Positions 11,420 through 21,804 of a stretch of DNA of 64,000 nt are shown piece after piece. The stretch is from Gallionella sp. (GTDB lineage Bacteria > Pseudomonadota > Gammaproteobacteria > Burkholderiales > Gallionellaceae), in NCBI GenBank assembly GCA_041741275.1, contig JBGSKJ010000144.1:1259-65258 (forward strand), in the 5' to 3' direction. Position numbers and translations under genes: made by a program. The first letter of the stretch is position 1; every line of letters starts with the position of its first letter. A model generated the notes under the pieces. That model searched no databases. It was not told the origin of the DNA and saw only the letters and a list, made by a program, of their open reading frames with translations.

Positions 11420-12610
11420 TCACACCAAACCGCGCGCCAGATCGTTCTGTATATCCACGACCGCCTCCAGCCCGACCGCGATGCGTATCAGGCCATCCGT
11501 GATGCCGGCCGCCGCGCGTGCCTCGGGTGTGATGCGTGCGTGGGTGGTGCTGGCCGGATGGGTGATGGTGGTCTTGGTATCGCCCAGATTGGCGGTGATG
11601 GAAAGCAACCGGGTGCTGTCGATCACGCGCCATGCGGCAGCCTTGCCGCCCCTGACCTCGAACGACACGATGCCGCCACCGGTCTTCTGCTGGCGCATCG
11701 CCAACTGATGTTGCGGATGCGACGCTAGCCCCGGATAGAACACCCGTGCCACGTTGGGCTGCGCTTCCAGCCAGCGCGCCAGTTCCAGCGCATTGGCGCT
11801 GTGCGCATCCATGCGGATCTTCAGCGTCTCCATGCCCTTCAGGAATATCCAGGCATTGAACGCGCTCATGGTCGGGCCGGCAGTGCGCAAAAAACCGTAC
11901 ACGCCTTCCAGATCCTTCCTGTTGCCCAGCACCGCACCGCCCAGCACCCGCCCCTGCCCGTCGATGTACTTGGTGGCCGAGTGGATGACGATGTCGGCGC
12001 CGAGTTGCAGCGGGCGCTGCAGGATGGGCGTGCAGAAGCAGTTGTCCACCGCCAGCAGCGCGCCGCATTCTTTGGAAACTGCGGCGATCGCCGCGATGTC
12101 GGAGATCTCGGTGAGCGGATTGGACGGCGTCTCGAGAAAGAACAGTCTGGTATTGGGACGCACCGCCGCCTGCCACTCGGCCACATCGGTGGCGGAAACG
12201 TAAGTCGTTTCGACACCGAACTTCCCGATGATGTTGTTGAACAGATTGACCGTCGCGCCGAACAGGCTGCGCGAGGCGACGATATGATCGCCCGCCTTGA
12301 GCACGCCCATCACGCACGCCAGTATCGCCGACATGCCGGAGGCGGTGGCGACACATTGCTCCGCGCCTTCCATCGCGGCGAGGCGTTCCTCGAACATCGT
12401 GACGGTCGGATTGGTGAAGCGCGCATAGATGTTGCCCGGCTGTTCGCCGATGAAACGCGCGGCGGCCTGAGCAGCATTCTCGAACACGAAGCTGGAGGTC
12501 AGGTACAGCGCCTCGCTGTGTTCGCCGAACTGGCTGCGCACCGTGCCGGCACGCACCGCAAGTGTTTCCGGCTGATAGGCAGTTGCTGCCTGGTCGACTT
12601 GGTTTGTCAT
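11420..12610 (-). CDS. metZ: O-succinylhomoserine sulfhydrylase (PLP-dependent, Cys/Met metabolism family)
   Basis: Start moved to the ATG giving MTNQVDQAAT. SATKYIDGQG contains the PLP lysine. Sits downstream of purF, an order I recall from other purF-metZ loci. Confidence 0.88.
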   Translation of the reverse strand: MTNQVDQAATAYQPETLAVRAGTVRSQFGEHSEALYLTSSFVFENAAQAAARFIGEQPGNIYARFTNPTVTMFEERLAAMEGAEQCVATASGMSAILACVMGVLKAGDHIVASRSLFGATVNLFNNIIGKFGVETTYVSATDVAEWQAAVRPNTRLFFLETPSNPLTEISDIAAIAAVSKECGALLAVDNCFCTPILQRPLQLGADIVIHSATKYIDGQGRVLGGAVLGNRKDLEGVYGFLRTAGPTMSAFNAWIFLKGMETLKIRMDAHSANALELARWLEAQPNVARVFYPGLASHPQHQLAMRQQKTGGGIVSFEVRGGKAAAWRVIDSTRLLSITANLGDTKTTITHPASTTHARITPEARAAAGITDGLIRIAVGLEAVVDIQNDLARGLV

Positions 12611-12627
12611 GACTGTATCCCTTAACC

Positions 12628-12670
12628 CAAAAGAAAAAACCCGGATAGCTTCAGCCAAACCGGGTTTCCC
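12628..12670 (-). terminator. rho-independent terminator/attenuator about 20 nt upstream of the metZ start
   Basis: Minus-strand RNA: AAACCCGG-15 nt-CCGGGUUU followed by UUUCUUUU. Perfect 8-bp stem. Confidence 0.6.
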
Positions 12671-12671
12671 A

Positions 12672-12722
12672 CGCTTTAGCTGTATTTGTTATGCGCCCGC
12701 AAGCTGATCCTCAAATCGGCGC
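12672..12722 (-). promoter_or_regulatory. candidate SAM-II-like pseudoknot aptamer in the metZ leader
   Basis: Minus strand: GCGCC GAUUUGAGGAUCA GCUU GC GGGCGC AUAACAAAUACAGCU AAAGC G. GCGCC/GGCGC stem, loop GCUU versus 3' AAGC. Recalled consensus only. Confidence 0.3.
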
Positions 12723-12775
12723 AGGTTGCAAGTTAGCACCCAGCTTCCCACGTTGTCAACTTAAGACCTTGCCGG

Positions 12776-14302
12776 TCACATCGAGGACTCGCTCAATGCC
12801 AGATTCAACACCAGCTGGTCTTCGTCTCCCGCCTTGTTGGCTTTGCCTTTGCTGCGCCGCGCTTCGACCTGATTCAGGTACGCGGCGGTGATGTCGCCGG
12901 TGATATAGCGGCCGTCGAAGCAGGAAGCATCGAAGCTGTTGATATGCGGATTGGCCTTGCTCACGGCGGCCTTCAGATCGACCAGGTCCTGGTAGATGAT
13001 GCGGTCCGCCCCGATCTCGCGGCAGATCTCGTCGTCGTTGCGCCCGGTGGCGATCAGTTCTTTCGGACTGGGCATGTCGATGCCATACACATTCGGGAAT
13101 CGCACCGGCGGCGCGGCAGAAGCGAAATACACCTTGCGCGCACCGGCATCGCGCGCCATCTGCACGATCTCGCGGCTGGTGGTGCCGCGCACGATGGAAT
13201 CGTCCACCAGCAACACGTTCTTGCCCTTGAATTCGACGCCGATGGCATTCAGCTTCTGGCGCACCGACTTCTTGCGCATCGCCTGTCCCGGCATGATGAA
13301 GGTGCGGCCGATGTAACGATTCTTCACGAATCCTTCGCGGAACGGGATCTTGAGCCGATTCGCCAGTTGCAGGGCGCTGGGGCGGCTCGAATCGGGGATC
13401 GGGATCACCACGTCGATATCGATCTCGCTCCAGGTGCGTTTGATCTTGTCGGCCAGATATTCGCCCATATACAAGCGCGTCTCATATACCGAGATACCGT
13501 CGATCACCGAATCCGGGCGTGCCAGATAGACATACTCGAAGATGCACGGGTTCAGGCTGGCCTTGTCGCTGCATTGCTGGCTGTGCAGCTTGCCGTTGAA
13601 ATCCACGAACACCGCTTCACCGGGGGCGATGTCGCGCAGGAACTTGAAGCCCAGCGTATCGAGTGCCACGCTTTCCGATGCGACCAGATATTCCTTGCCC
13701 TGTGGAGTCTCGTTCACGCCGATCACCAGCGGGCGGATGCCGAAGATGTCGCGGAACGCCAGCAGGCCGTAGCCCGCAATCATCGCCACCACCGCATATG
13801 CGCCGTGACAACGCTGGTGCACGCCGGTCACCGCAGCAAAGATCGTCTTCGCATCGAGGCGGTATTGCCTGGATTTGTTCTGCAACTCGTGCGCCAGCAC
13901 ATTGAGCAACACCTCCGAATCGGAATTGGTGTTGACATGGCGCAGGTCCTCGACGAACAGCTGCTCCTTCAATTCGTCGGCATTGGTCAGATTGCCGTTG
14001 TGTCCGAGCACGATGCCGAACGGCGAATTCACATAGAACGGTTGCGCCTCGTTGTGATCCACCGCAGAGCCCGCTGTCGGGTAGCGCACATGCGCGATCC
14101 CCGCATTGCCCGCCAACGCGCGCATGTTGCGGGTGCGGAACACGTCGCGCACCAGCCCGTTATCCTTGTGCAGATGGAAGGTATGGCCGTCCAGCGTGGC
14201 GATGCCCGCGGCATCCTGACCGCGATGCTGCAAGACTTGCAAGCCGTCATACAGCAGCTGATTGACCGGCGACTGCGAGATCACTCCGAGTATGCCGCAC
14301 AT
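12776..14302 (-). CDS. purF: amidophosphoribosyltransferase
   Basis: 508 aa; MCGILGV N-terminal nucleophile, PRTase motif [12 protein letters not shown]. Confidence 0.96.
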   Translation of the reverse strand: MCGILGVISQSPVNQLLYDGLQVLQHRGQDAAGIATLDGHTFHLHKDNGLVRDVFRTRNMRALAGNAGIAHVRYPTAGSAVDHNEAQPFYVNSPFGIVLGHNGNLTNADELKEQLFVEDLRHVNTNSDSEVLLNVLAHELQNKSRQYRLDAKTIFAAVTGVHQRCHGAYAVVAMIAGYGLLAFRDIFGIRPLVIGVNETPQGKEYLVASESVALDTLGFKFLRDIAPGEAVFVDFNGKLHSQQCSDKASLNPCIFEYVYLARPDSVIDGISVYETRLYMGEYLADKIKRTWSEIDIDVVIPIPDSSRPSALQLANRLKIPFREGFVKNRYIGRTFIMPGQAMRKKSVRQKLNAIGVEFKGKNVLLVDDSIVRGTTSREIVQMARDAGARKVYFASAAPPVRFPNVYGIDMPSPKELIATGRNDDEICREIGADRIIYQDLVDLKAAVSKANPHINSFDASCFDGRYITGDITAAYLNQVEARRSKGKANKAGDEDQLVLNLALSESSM

Positions 14303-14334
14303 GATTTTTCATCCCAAAATAATTAACTGCCCGG

Positions 14335-14856
14335 CTACCGATTGCGCGCCCGGTAACGGATGCGCTGCGCGATGTTCTCCGGCAACCAGTCTTTGGTCAG
14401 CAACGCGACATCCTCGGCCGTCTTGCTCATCCGCGCATCGCGCCAGAATGGCCGTTCCGGAATATCCGACATTCCGGCCAGCCACACCGCGGCAAGCACC
14501 ACCAGCGCGCCGCGCAACACCCCGAACAGTCCGCCCAACATCCGGTCCAACCGGCCCAACCCGATCGCTTTCGGCAATTTGCAGAGCCCCCAGACCAGCA
14601 CGCCCCAGACGACCATCACCGCGATGAACACCAGCGCATAAGCCGCAGTGGCCCGCAACATCTCATTGTTCGCTTCGACATGGCCCAGAGCAGGGATCGG
14701 CAAGTGTCGCGCAAAACTATCCGCATACATATTGCTCAGCACGAACGCAAGCGGCCAACCCAGCAACGACAACACTTCATAAAGCAAACCGCGCCACAAA
14801 CCGAACACCAGTGAAACCAGCAATATTGCGATTACGGCAAAATCAAATACTGTCAT
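14335..14856 (-). CDS. cvpA: CvpA family membrane protein
   Basis: 173 aa, multi-TM; conserved position upstream of purF. Confidence 0.85.
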   Translation of the reverse strand: MTVFDFAVIAILLVSLVFGLWRGLLYEVLSLLGWPLAFVLSNMYADSFARHLPIPALGHVEANNEMLRATAAYALVFIAVMVVWGVLVWGLCKLPKAIGLGRLDRMLGGLFGVLRGALVVLAAVWLAGMSDIPERPFWRDARMSKTAEDVALLTKDWLPENIAQRIRYRARNR

Positions 14857-14890
14857 CTATGGCTCATAACGGAAGAATTCGTGCCTTCAT

Positions 14891-15484
14891 CTACGAACCC
14901 CTGGCATTCATGACTTTCGGGTGCAGCCCGTGCTTTTCCAGCAACTGCCGCACTTTCTCGGCCTTTTCACGATCGGCGTACGGTCCGACGCGCACACGTA
15001 TCATGCCGGCAGCCTTTTCGGTATAGGCTTTGAAACCCCATTTCTTCAGCTTGTCCAACTCCTGCTTTGCGGTATCGGCATTCGAGTATGCACCAACCTG
15101 CGCGACATAAGCTTCGGCAACAACAGCCGGCTTATCCTTGCCCCCTGATCCCGCCTTCTGACTGGCGGCAGGCTGCTCCTTGCCCGCCACTTCGGCTCCG
15201 GATTTTCCGGGTAAGGCAAGCGGCGCCCCGGCAGGCTCGGACGAAGCTTCGCTTGACGGTTGAACCGCCGCCACATCCGAGACCGCTATTTTCGGCACGA
15301 ACCCGCCGGCTTCGTCAGCGGCGGGGATACGCAGATCGATATCCTGTCCGGTCGGCCTGGGTTCGCTGTCCAGCACCATCGGCAGTATTACCACCACCGC
15401 CAGCGTAAGCGCGAACGCACCGATCAAACGGCGGCGTGCCTTGCGCCTGAGATTCTGTTCGTCGTCCGATAACTGTTTTGCCAT
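14891..15484 (-). CDS. SPOR domain protein (DedD-like)
   Basis: 197 aa; N-terminal TM, Pro/Ala-rich linker, C-terminal SPOR-like YVAQVGAYSNADTAKQ...RVRVGPYADREKAE. Confidence 0.82.
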   Translation of the reverse strand: MAKQLSDDEQNLRRKARRRLIGAFALTLAVVVILPMVLDSEPRPTGQDIDLRIPAADEAGGFVPKIAVSDVAAVQPSSEASSEPAGAPLALPGKSGAEVAGKEQPAASQKAGSGGKDKPAVVAEAYVAQVGAYSNADTAKQELDKLKKWGFKAYTEKAAGMIRVRVGPYADREKAEKVRQLLEKHGLHPKVMNARGS

Positions 15485-15525
15485 TCTTCAGTAAACCTCT
15501 AAACTTTTCCGCAGCATGAGTGGAG

Positions 15526-16800
15526 CTATCCTTGCAAAACCCGCAACCCTCTTGAGACCATCACTTCCGCCACCGTATGGAACGATCCGAAGGCGGCGAT
15601 TCTATCATTTTCGCCTGCCGCGTTATAGGCATAACGCAACGCTTCGGCGACGCTGCCGAAGGCCCTGATCTCGCCGCATACCCGGGCCTGTTCCAGCACC
15701 TGCTCCAACTCCGCGGCCGTCGCACCCCGCGTCGTGTCTATGCCCGCCACCAGCCAGGTATCGATGTGCGCATCAAGGGCTGCCACGACGCCCGCCATGT
15801 CCTTGTCCCCGAGCATCGCAAATACCGCATAAGTGTGCGGGCACGGCGGCAGGCTGGCGAGATTCCCGGCCAATGAGCGGGCCGCATGGGGGTTGTGCGC
15901 AACATCCAGGATCAAAGCCGGTTTGCCCGGCACCAACTGGAAGCGTCCCGCCAACTGCACCTCGTTCAAACCGCGCCGCACCGCATCCATGCTCACCGGC
16001 AATTCTTCCCTCAACGCATCCAGCGCCGCCAGTGCGGCGCTGGCATTGTGCAACTGGAACGCACCGCGCAAGGCCGGATACGGCAATGCACTGCGCGGTC
16101 CCACTGTACCGCGATAGTCCCATTGTCCCTGATGGGTTGCAAAACCGAATTCGCCGGGTATGCACCACAGTTCCGCGCCGACCTGCTGCGCCTGTGTGCG
16201 TATCGCCTGCGGCACATCGCTGTCCGCACAGATCGCCACACAGCCTTTACGGAAGATGCCGGCCTTCTCGAATGCGATCTGCTCGCGCGTGTCGCCAAGA
16301 TAATCGGTGTGATCGATATCCACGCTGGCAATCACCGCGCAGTCGCTGTCGAACACGTTCACCGCATCCAGTCGCCCTCCAAGACCAACTTCCAGAATGG
16401 CGACATCGGCCTTGTGCGCGATGAAACACTCCATCGCGGCCAGGGTGCCAAACTCGAAATAGGTTAATGGGATTTCGCCGCGCGCCTGCTCGATCCTTTC
16501 GAACGAAGCGCACAACTCGGCATCGCTTGCCTGCTGTTTGGCGATGCGCACCCGCTCGTTGTAGTGCAGCAGATGCGGAGAAGTGTAGCAGCCGACGCGG
16601 TAGCCGGCGGCGTGCAAAATGCTTTCCAGCATCGCGCACACCGAACCTTTGCCATTGGTGCCGCCGACCACGATGATCGGGAAATCGGGTTGGAGATTCA
16701 GCCGCTGTTTGACTCGTGCCACGCGCTCAAGGCCCAGAGCGATGGTTTTTGGATGCAGGGATTCAAGGTGGGTCAGCCAGTCGGCGAGGGTATTGGGCAT
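15526..16800 (-). CDS. folC: bifunctional folylpolyglutamate synthase / dihydrofolate synthase
   Basis: Start moved to the ATG giving MPNTLADWL. Motif VVGGTNGKGS. Confidence 0.9.
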   Translation of the reverse strand: MPNTLADWLTHLESLHPKTIALGLERVARVKQRLNLQPDFPIIVVGGTNGKGSVCAMLESILHAAGYRVGCYTSPHLLHYNERVRIAKQQASDAELCASFERIEQARGEIPLTYFEFGTLAAMECFIAHKADVAILEVGLGGRLDAVNVFDSDCAVIASVDIDHTDYLGDTREQIAFEKAGIFRKGCVAICADSDVPQAIRTQAQQVGAELWCIPGEFGFATHQGQWDYRGTVGPRSALPYPALRGAFQLHNASAALAALDALREELPVSMDAVRRGLNEVQLAGRFQLVPGKPALILDVAHNPHAARSLAGNLASLPPCPHTYAVFAMLGDKDMAGVVAALDAHIDTWLVAGIDTTRGATAAELEQVLEQARVCGEIRAFGSVAEALRYAYNAAGENDRIAAFGSFHTVAEVMVSRGLRVLQG

Positions 16801-16822
16801 GTTGTGCTCGTACGCAAGCGGC

Positions 16823-17359
16823 TCATCTCCGTCTTGAGCGGGATACGCGTGGATTTTCGGGCTGTACAGGTGGATCAACCAACTCTATCGTTTCACAAAA
16901 ACCCGAAGGCAATGGTGACTTGGAAATTCCCATCAGGGGAACGAACGGGCCGCACAAAAATCCGGAGCCTTTCACGTACTGTTCCCGCGCACTCACAGGC
17001 ACACCGTTCTCGAAAGTCAGCTCGGTGTATGTGCGGCAAGCCGGCAACCATAGGGGGATCGGGAAACCCGCCCAAATTGTGCGGCCGCACCACCTGGTTT
17101 TGTCGTTATAGATTTTGGTTCTTTTGTCATTCGGATCTGTGTTCTGCTCCTGATAGGACGATAACGCCCTTTCATCGTTATAGAATTCAATCTCTTTGGG
17201 TTTCCAAAGCTTCTGCTCATCCTTCGGCACAAGCAATAACGCCGCGGACAAATCTTTCTCCACCGGGCCTGAAGATTTTGAATAATAATAACCCGCACAT
17301 CCGGATAAATTGATAACCAGAAAAGCTGACAGCAGCAGGTTTTTCAAACCGCCCGGCAT
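16823..17359 (-). CDS. hypothetical lipoprotein
   Basis: Start at the ATG giving MPGGLKNLLLSAFLVINLSGC (signal peptide plus lipobox). Region is AT-richer than its flanks. Confidence 0.6.
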   Translation of the reverse strand: MPGGLKNLLLSAFLVINLSGCAGYYYSKSSGPVEKDLSAALLLVPKDEQKLWKPKEIEFYNDERALSSYQEQNTDPNDKRTKIYNDKTRWCGRTIWAGFPIPLWLPACRTYTELTFENGVPVSAREQYVKGSGFLCGPFVPLMGISKSPLPSGFCETIELVDPPVQPENPRVSRSRRR

Positions 17360-17443
17360 AGCGTGCACCGGCTCAATCCCGGCTGCCGCCGCCCGCATGG
17401 TCAGCCGCACCGTGTATCGTGGTCTCGCTCATCCCGCACCCGT

Positions 17444-18064
17444 TCACGAAGCAACCACACGACAATAGCAATAGACGAACTGCTGCACGCTACCCGACGG
17501 CGTGTGATGGGACTCCTTGACATGTTTGAGCAAAGTGAAAGCATCGCCAAACTGCGCATGCAGCTCGCCGGCTGCATAGCGCATCACCGGCAAGCCGCTG
17601 CATTGGGTCGGGCCATCCTCGGCAAAGGTGGCGACGATGACATGGCCGCCGGGTTTGACCGAACGAAACACCGTTTCAACATAAGCCTGGCGCTGCTGCG
17701 GTTCGGTCAGGAAATGGAACACCGCGCGGTCGTGCCACACGTCATACCGGTGGCTGGGCAAATCCACTTCAGTCACGTCCGCTTCCTGCCATTCAACCCC
17801 GGCTGCACGCGCACCCAGTCGCTGTTTGGCAGCAGACATGGCTGCAGCCGAGAGGTCCAATACCGTGACGTCGGAATAACCGTCGGCAAGCAGATCATCT
17901 GCCAGTGTTGATGCACCGCCGCCGACATCGATGATCGCGCCGGACTTCGCTATTCCGGTGCCACGCACCAGCGATAATGAGCGCTCCGCATGTTCCTGAT
18001 ACCAGCTTACCGAAGTGGCCCGCTTGGTTGTGTACACTTTTTCCCAGTGACTTTTGCTTTCCAT
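17444..18064 (-). CDS. class I SAM-dependent methyltransferase
   Basis: ATG start preceded by AAGGGG. SAM-binding motif IIDVGGGAS. Confidence 0.82.
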   Translation of the reverse strand: MESKSHWEKVYTTKRATSVSWYQEHAERSLSLVRGTGIAKSGAIIDVGGGASTLADDLLADGYSDVTVLDLSAAAMSAAKQRLGARAAGVEWQEADVTEVDLPSHRYDVWHDRAVFHFLTEPQQRQAYVETVFRSVKPGGHVIVATFAEDGPTQCSGLPVMRYAAGELHAQFGDAFTLLKHVKESHHTPSGSVQQFVYCYCRVVAS

Positions 18065-18089
18065 TTTCACACCCCTTGCGATGTTTACG

Positions 18090-18971
18090 TCAGGCCGCCT
18101 CGATCTCCGCCACGGCAGATTGCCTAGTCAATAGAGTGATCAGCGTCGTCAGTTGATTTTTCATCTCGCGCCGGTCGATGATCATGTCCACCGCGCCGTG
18201 CTCCAGCAAAAACTCCGCGCGCTGAAAACCTTCCGGCAAAGTTTCGCGCACCGTCTGCTGGATCACGCGCGCGCCGGCGAAGCCGATCAGCGCGCCGGGT
18301 TCGGCGATCACCACATCGCCCATGAAGGCGAAGCTGGCGGACACGCCGCCCATGGTCGGGTCGGTCAATACCGAGATGAACGGCAGTCTTTCCTGGCTGA
18401 GCTGGGTCAGCGCGGCGCAGGTCTTGGCCATCTGCATCAGCGACAAAAGTCCCTCCTGCATGCGCGCACCTCCGCTGGCGGAAAAACAGATGAACGGGCA
18501 CTTCTGCTCCAGCGCGACTTGCACGCCGCGCACGAAACGCTCGCCCACCACCGAACCCATCGAGCCGCCCATGAAGCTGAATTCGAATGCCGCCATCACC
18601 ACCGGCTGCGCATGGATGCTGCCCTGCATCACCACCAGCGCGTCGTCTTCATCGGTGGCAAGTTTGGAAGCGGTCAGGCGCTCCGAATACTTCCTGCTAT
18701 CCCTGAACTTGAGCGTGTCCACCGGCAACACTTCCGCACCGATCTCGAAGCGGCCCTCGCCGTCCAGCAACAGATCCAGACGGACGCGCGCCGTGATGCG
18801 GTGATGATGGTTGCATTTGGGGCAGACGCTCTGGTTCTTTTCCAGGTCGGAGTAATACAGCACCGCCTGACAGGACGGACACTTGTGCCACAAGCCTTCC
18901 GGCACGTTCTTCTTGGCATCGCCCAAACGGCGCTTGATCTTCGGCGGCAATAATTTTTGGAACCAGCTCAT
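18090..18971 (-). CDS. accD: acetyl-CoA carboxylase carboxyltransferase beta subunit
   Basis: 293 aa; N-terminal Zn ribbon CPSC...CPKC, CoA carboxyltransferase domain. Confidence 0.95.
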   Translation of the reverse strand: MSWFQKLLPPKIKRRLGDAKKNVPEGLWHKCPSCQAVLYYSDLEKNQSVCPKCNHHHRITARVRLDLLLDGEGRFEIGAEVLPVDTLKFRDSRKYSERLTASKLATDEDDALVVMQGSIHAQPVVMAAFEFSFMGGSMGSVVGERFVRGVQVALEQKCPFICFSASGGARMQEGLLSLMQMAKTCAALTQLSQERLPFISVLTDPTMGGVSASFAFMGDVVIAEPGALIGFAGARVIQQTVRETLPEGFQRAEFLLEHGAVDMIIDRREMKNQLTTLITLLTRQSAVAEIEAA

Positions 18972-19023
18972 GGTAACTCTCCTCTAATCTATGCGATAAC
19001 AGCGCAGAGCGGGCATAGCCCAC

Positions 19024-19824
19024 CTAGGCCTTGTCTACAGCCTGTCTTAATTCCCTGACCAGCTTGCTCACGTTGACGATCACATTTTGTTCGGTCGATC
19101 CTTCGATCTCCTGCACGATGCGGCTGCCCACCACCACGCCGTCGCACAGCTTGGCCACGGCCAGCGCGGTAGCCGCATCGCGTATGCCGAAGCCCACCCC
19201 GATCGGCAGCCTGATGTGCTTGCGCAGTTGCGGGATCTTTTGCGCGATCGCGGACAGGTCCAGATTCCCCGCGCCGGTCACGCCCTTCAGCGAGACGTAA
19301 TACACATAACCGCGCGCCTGCCTGGCGACACGCTCCACGCGCGCATCGGTGCTGGTCGGCGCGAGCAAAAAGATCGGGTCGATGCCATGTTTGGTCAGAT
19401 GCGCAAACGCCTCGTGCCCCTCTTCCGGCGGAAAATCCACGGTCAGCACACCGTCCACGCCAACTTCTGCACAACGTTTGGCGAAGGTCTCCCAACCCAT
19501 CGCTTCGATCGGATTGCCATAGCCCATCAGCACGATGGGCGTACCGGCATCGCTGCGGCGGAATTCGGCGACCATGTCCAATACGTGATGCAACCCGACA
19601 TGATGCTTGAGCGCGCGTTCGGAAGCCCGCTGTATGGTCGGACCATCCGCCATCGGGTCGGAGAACGGCACACCCAGCTCGATCACGTCCGCACCGGCTT
19701 CCACCAAGGCGTGCAGCAGCGGCACGGTGAACTTCGGATGCGGATCACCGGCAGTAAAGAACGGGATCAACGCCTTGCGCTGGTGCTGCTTGAGCTTGTC
19801 GAAAGTGGTTTGTATGCGCGACAT
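19024..19824 (-). CDS. trpA: tryptophan synthase alpha chain
   Basis: 266 aa; [26 protein letters not shown]. Confidence 0.95.
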   Translation of the reverse strand: MSRIQTTFDKLKQHQRKALIPFFTAGDPHPKFTVPLLHALVEAGADVIELGVPFSDPMADGPTIQRASERALKHHVGLHHVLDMVAEFRRSDAGTPIVLMGYGNPIEAMGWETFAKRCAEVGVDGVLTVDFPPEEGHEAFAHLTKHGIDPIFLLAPTSTDARVERVARQARGYVYYVSLKGVTGAGNLDLSAIAQKIPQLRKHIRLPIGVGFGIRDAATALAVAKLCDGVVVGSRIVQEIEGSTEQNVIVNVSKLVRELRQAVDKA

Positions 19825-19848
19825 GATGTTCCCTAAAATTCGATACCC

Positions 19849-21063
19849 CTAAAACTCAATACCTGAGGCGCGCGCCACGGTCGCCATGTCCTTGTCGCCG
19901 CGACCGGAAAGATTCACCAGCAGCACCTTGTCCTTGCCCATGCCCGGCGCGATCTTCGCGGCGTGCGCCAGCGCGTGGCTGGACTCCAGCGCCGGGATGA
20001 TGCCTTCCAGGTGGCACAGGTCGTGAAACGCGCGCAGCGCTTCGTCGTCGTTGATCGCCACATATTCGGCGCGCCCGCTGTCCTTCAGCCAGCTGTGCTC
20101 GGGACCGACGCCGGGATAATCCAGCCCGGCCGAGATCGAATGGGTCTCGATGATCTGGCCGTCCGCATCCTGCATCAGATAGGTCTTGTTGCCGTGCAAC
20201 ACGCCGACCGGACTGTTGGTGGTCAGCGGGGCGGCATGTGATCCGCTGTTGATGCCGAGTCCGCCCGCCTCCACACCGATCAGCCTCACACCGCGCATGT
20301 CGATGTAGGAATGGAACACCCCCATCGCGTTGGAGCCGCCGCCGACGCAGGCGATCACCGCATCCGGCTGGCGGCCCGCCAGTTCCGGCATCTGCGCCAC
20401 ACATTCCTTGCCGACGATGGCATTGAAATCGCGCACCATCATCGGATACGGATGCGGCCCGGCCACCGTGCCGATGATGTAGAAGGTGTTCTCGATGTTG
20501 GTCACCCAGTCGCGCATCGCTTCGTTGAGCGCATCCTTGAGCGTTTTGGAACCGCTTTCCACCGGCACCACCGTCGCTCCGAGCAGCTTCATCCGGTACA
20601 CGTTCTGCGCCTGGCGCTTCACGTCTTCCGAGCCCATGTACACCACGCATTCCATCCCGTAGCGTGCCGCGACGGTCGCCGTCGCTACCCCATGCTGGCC
20701 CGCGCCGGTCTCGGCGATCACGCGCGGCTTGCCCATGCGCTTGGCCAGCAATGCCTGTCCCACGGTGTTGTTTATCTTGTGCGCGCCGGTGTGGTTGAGG
20801 TCTTCGCGCTTGAGATATATCTGCGCGCCGCCGAGTTGTTCAGACCAGCGTTTGGCGTGATAGATCGGACTGGGGCGGCCGACGTAATGTTTGAGGTCGT
20901 AATTGAGTTCGGCGACGAACTCGGGGTCGTGGCGATATTTTTCGTAAGCCTGATTCAGCTCTTCCAGCGCGCCCATCAGCGTCTCGGCAACGTAGATGCC
21001 ACCATAAGGGCCAAAGTGGCCGCTGCTATCGGGATAGTTGTAAGTCAATCTGCTTAACCTCAT
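19849..21063 (-). CDS. trpB: tryptophan synthase beta chain
   Basis: Start moved to the ATG giving [22 protein letters not shown]. Motif HTGAHKINN contains the PLP lysine. Confidence 0.93.
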   Translation of the reverse strand: MRLSRLTYNYPDSSGHFGPYGGIYVAETLMGALEELNQAYEKYRHDPEFVAELNYDLKHYVGRPSPIYHAKRWSEQLGGAQIYLKREDLNHTGAHKINNTVGQALLAKRMGKPRVIAETGAGQHGVATATVAARYGMECVVYMGSEDVKRQAQNVYRMKLLGATVVPVESGSKTLKDALNEAMRDWVTNIENTFYIIGTVAGPHPYPMMVRDFNAIVGKECVAQMPELAGRQPDAVIACVGGGSNAMGVFHSYIDMRGVRLIGVEAGGLGINSGSHAAPLTTNSPVGVLHGNKTYLMQDADGQIIETHSISAGLDYPGVGPEHSWLKDSGRAEYVAINDDEALRAFHDLCHLEGIIPALESSHALAHAAKIAPGMGKDKVLLVNLSGRGDKDMATVARASGIEF

Positions 21064-21661
21064 TGATGAAAGCGGCGATCTTCGCCGCGTCCTTGATACC
21101 CTTTGCCGCCTCCACACCGCTCGACACATCCACCGCGCAGGGCCGCACTTGCCGGATAGCTGCCGCGACGTTCTCCGCAGCCAGACCGCCGGACAATACC
21201 ACCGGCAACGGCAACTGCCCCGGTATCAACGCCCAGTCGAAACTTGTTCCGGTACCGCCCGGCACACCTTCCACATGGGCATCCAGCAGCAGACCCCTGG
21301 CGGCATGAAAACGCGCCGCGCATTGTAGCAAATCCACTCCGGCCTTGACGCGGATCGCCTTGATATAGGGTTTGCCGAATTGCCCGCAATACTCCGGCGT
21401 TTCATCGCCGTGAAATTGCAGCAGATCCAGCGGCACACGCGCCAACACCTCGCGCACCAAAGCCGCTTCGGCATTCACGAACAGCCCGACCGCGGACACG
21501 AACGGCGGCAGCGCGGCTGCCAGTTGCGCGGCCAGCTCGATACCGACATGGCGCGGGCTTTTCTGATAGAACACCAGCCCGATGGCATCCGCACCGGTGT
21601 GTGCAGCCGCCAAGGCATCTTCCACGCGGGTGATACCGCAGATTTTTACACGTGTAACCAT
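21026..21661 (-). CDS. trpF: phosphoribosylanthranilate isomerase
   Basis: 211 aa; VKICGIT start typical of TrpF; position in the trpFBA string. Confidence 0.9.
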   Translation of the reverse strand: MVTRVKICGITRVEDALAAAHTGADAIGLVFYQKSPRHVGIELAAQLAAALPPFVSAVGLFVNAEAALVREVLARVPLDLLQFHGDETPEYCGQFGKPYIKAIRVKAGVDLLQCAARFHAARGLLLDAHVEGVPGGTGTSFDWALIPGQLPLPVVLSGGLAAENVAAAIRQVRPCAVDVSSGVEAAKGIKDAAKIAAFINEVKQIDLQLSR

Positions 21662-21689
21662 ATTTCTCCTCAGGGGTGTTTGGAGTGCG

Positions 21690-21752
21690 CATAACCAGCG
21701 ACTTGGCTGTCGTCTTTTGATAGCCTAGTCGAATGGCTAGTAGTTATATCAG
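21690..21752. repeat. 63-bp dispersed palindromic repeat, copy 1
   Basis: CATAACCAGCGACTTGGCTGTCGTCTTTTGATAGCCTAGTCGAATGGCTAGTAGTTATATCAG. Near-identical copy at 58935-58997. Confidence 0.9.
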
Positions 21753-21764
21753 ACACGTCTGCGC

Positions 21765-21789
21765 TTAGAAAGCGGCGACAAGTCGCCGC
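21765..21789 (-). terminator. rho-independent terminator after truA
   Basis: Minus strand: GCGGCGA CUUG UCGCCGC followed by UUUCU. Confidence 0.55.
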
Positions 21790-21804
21790 ACTCCATAGCA
21801 ATCC

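Noticed and set aside
11313-12356. 347-aa minus-strand ORF overlapping metZ in another frame
   Set aside because: It lies in an alternative frame of a gene with clear PLP-enzyme motifs. Its Arg/Gly/His-rich translation is a GC-rich frame artefact.
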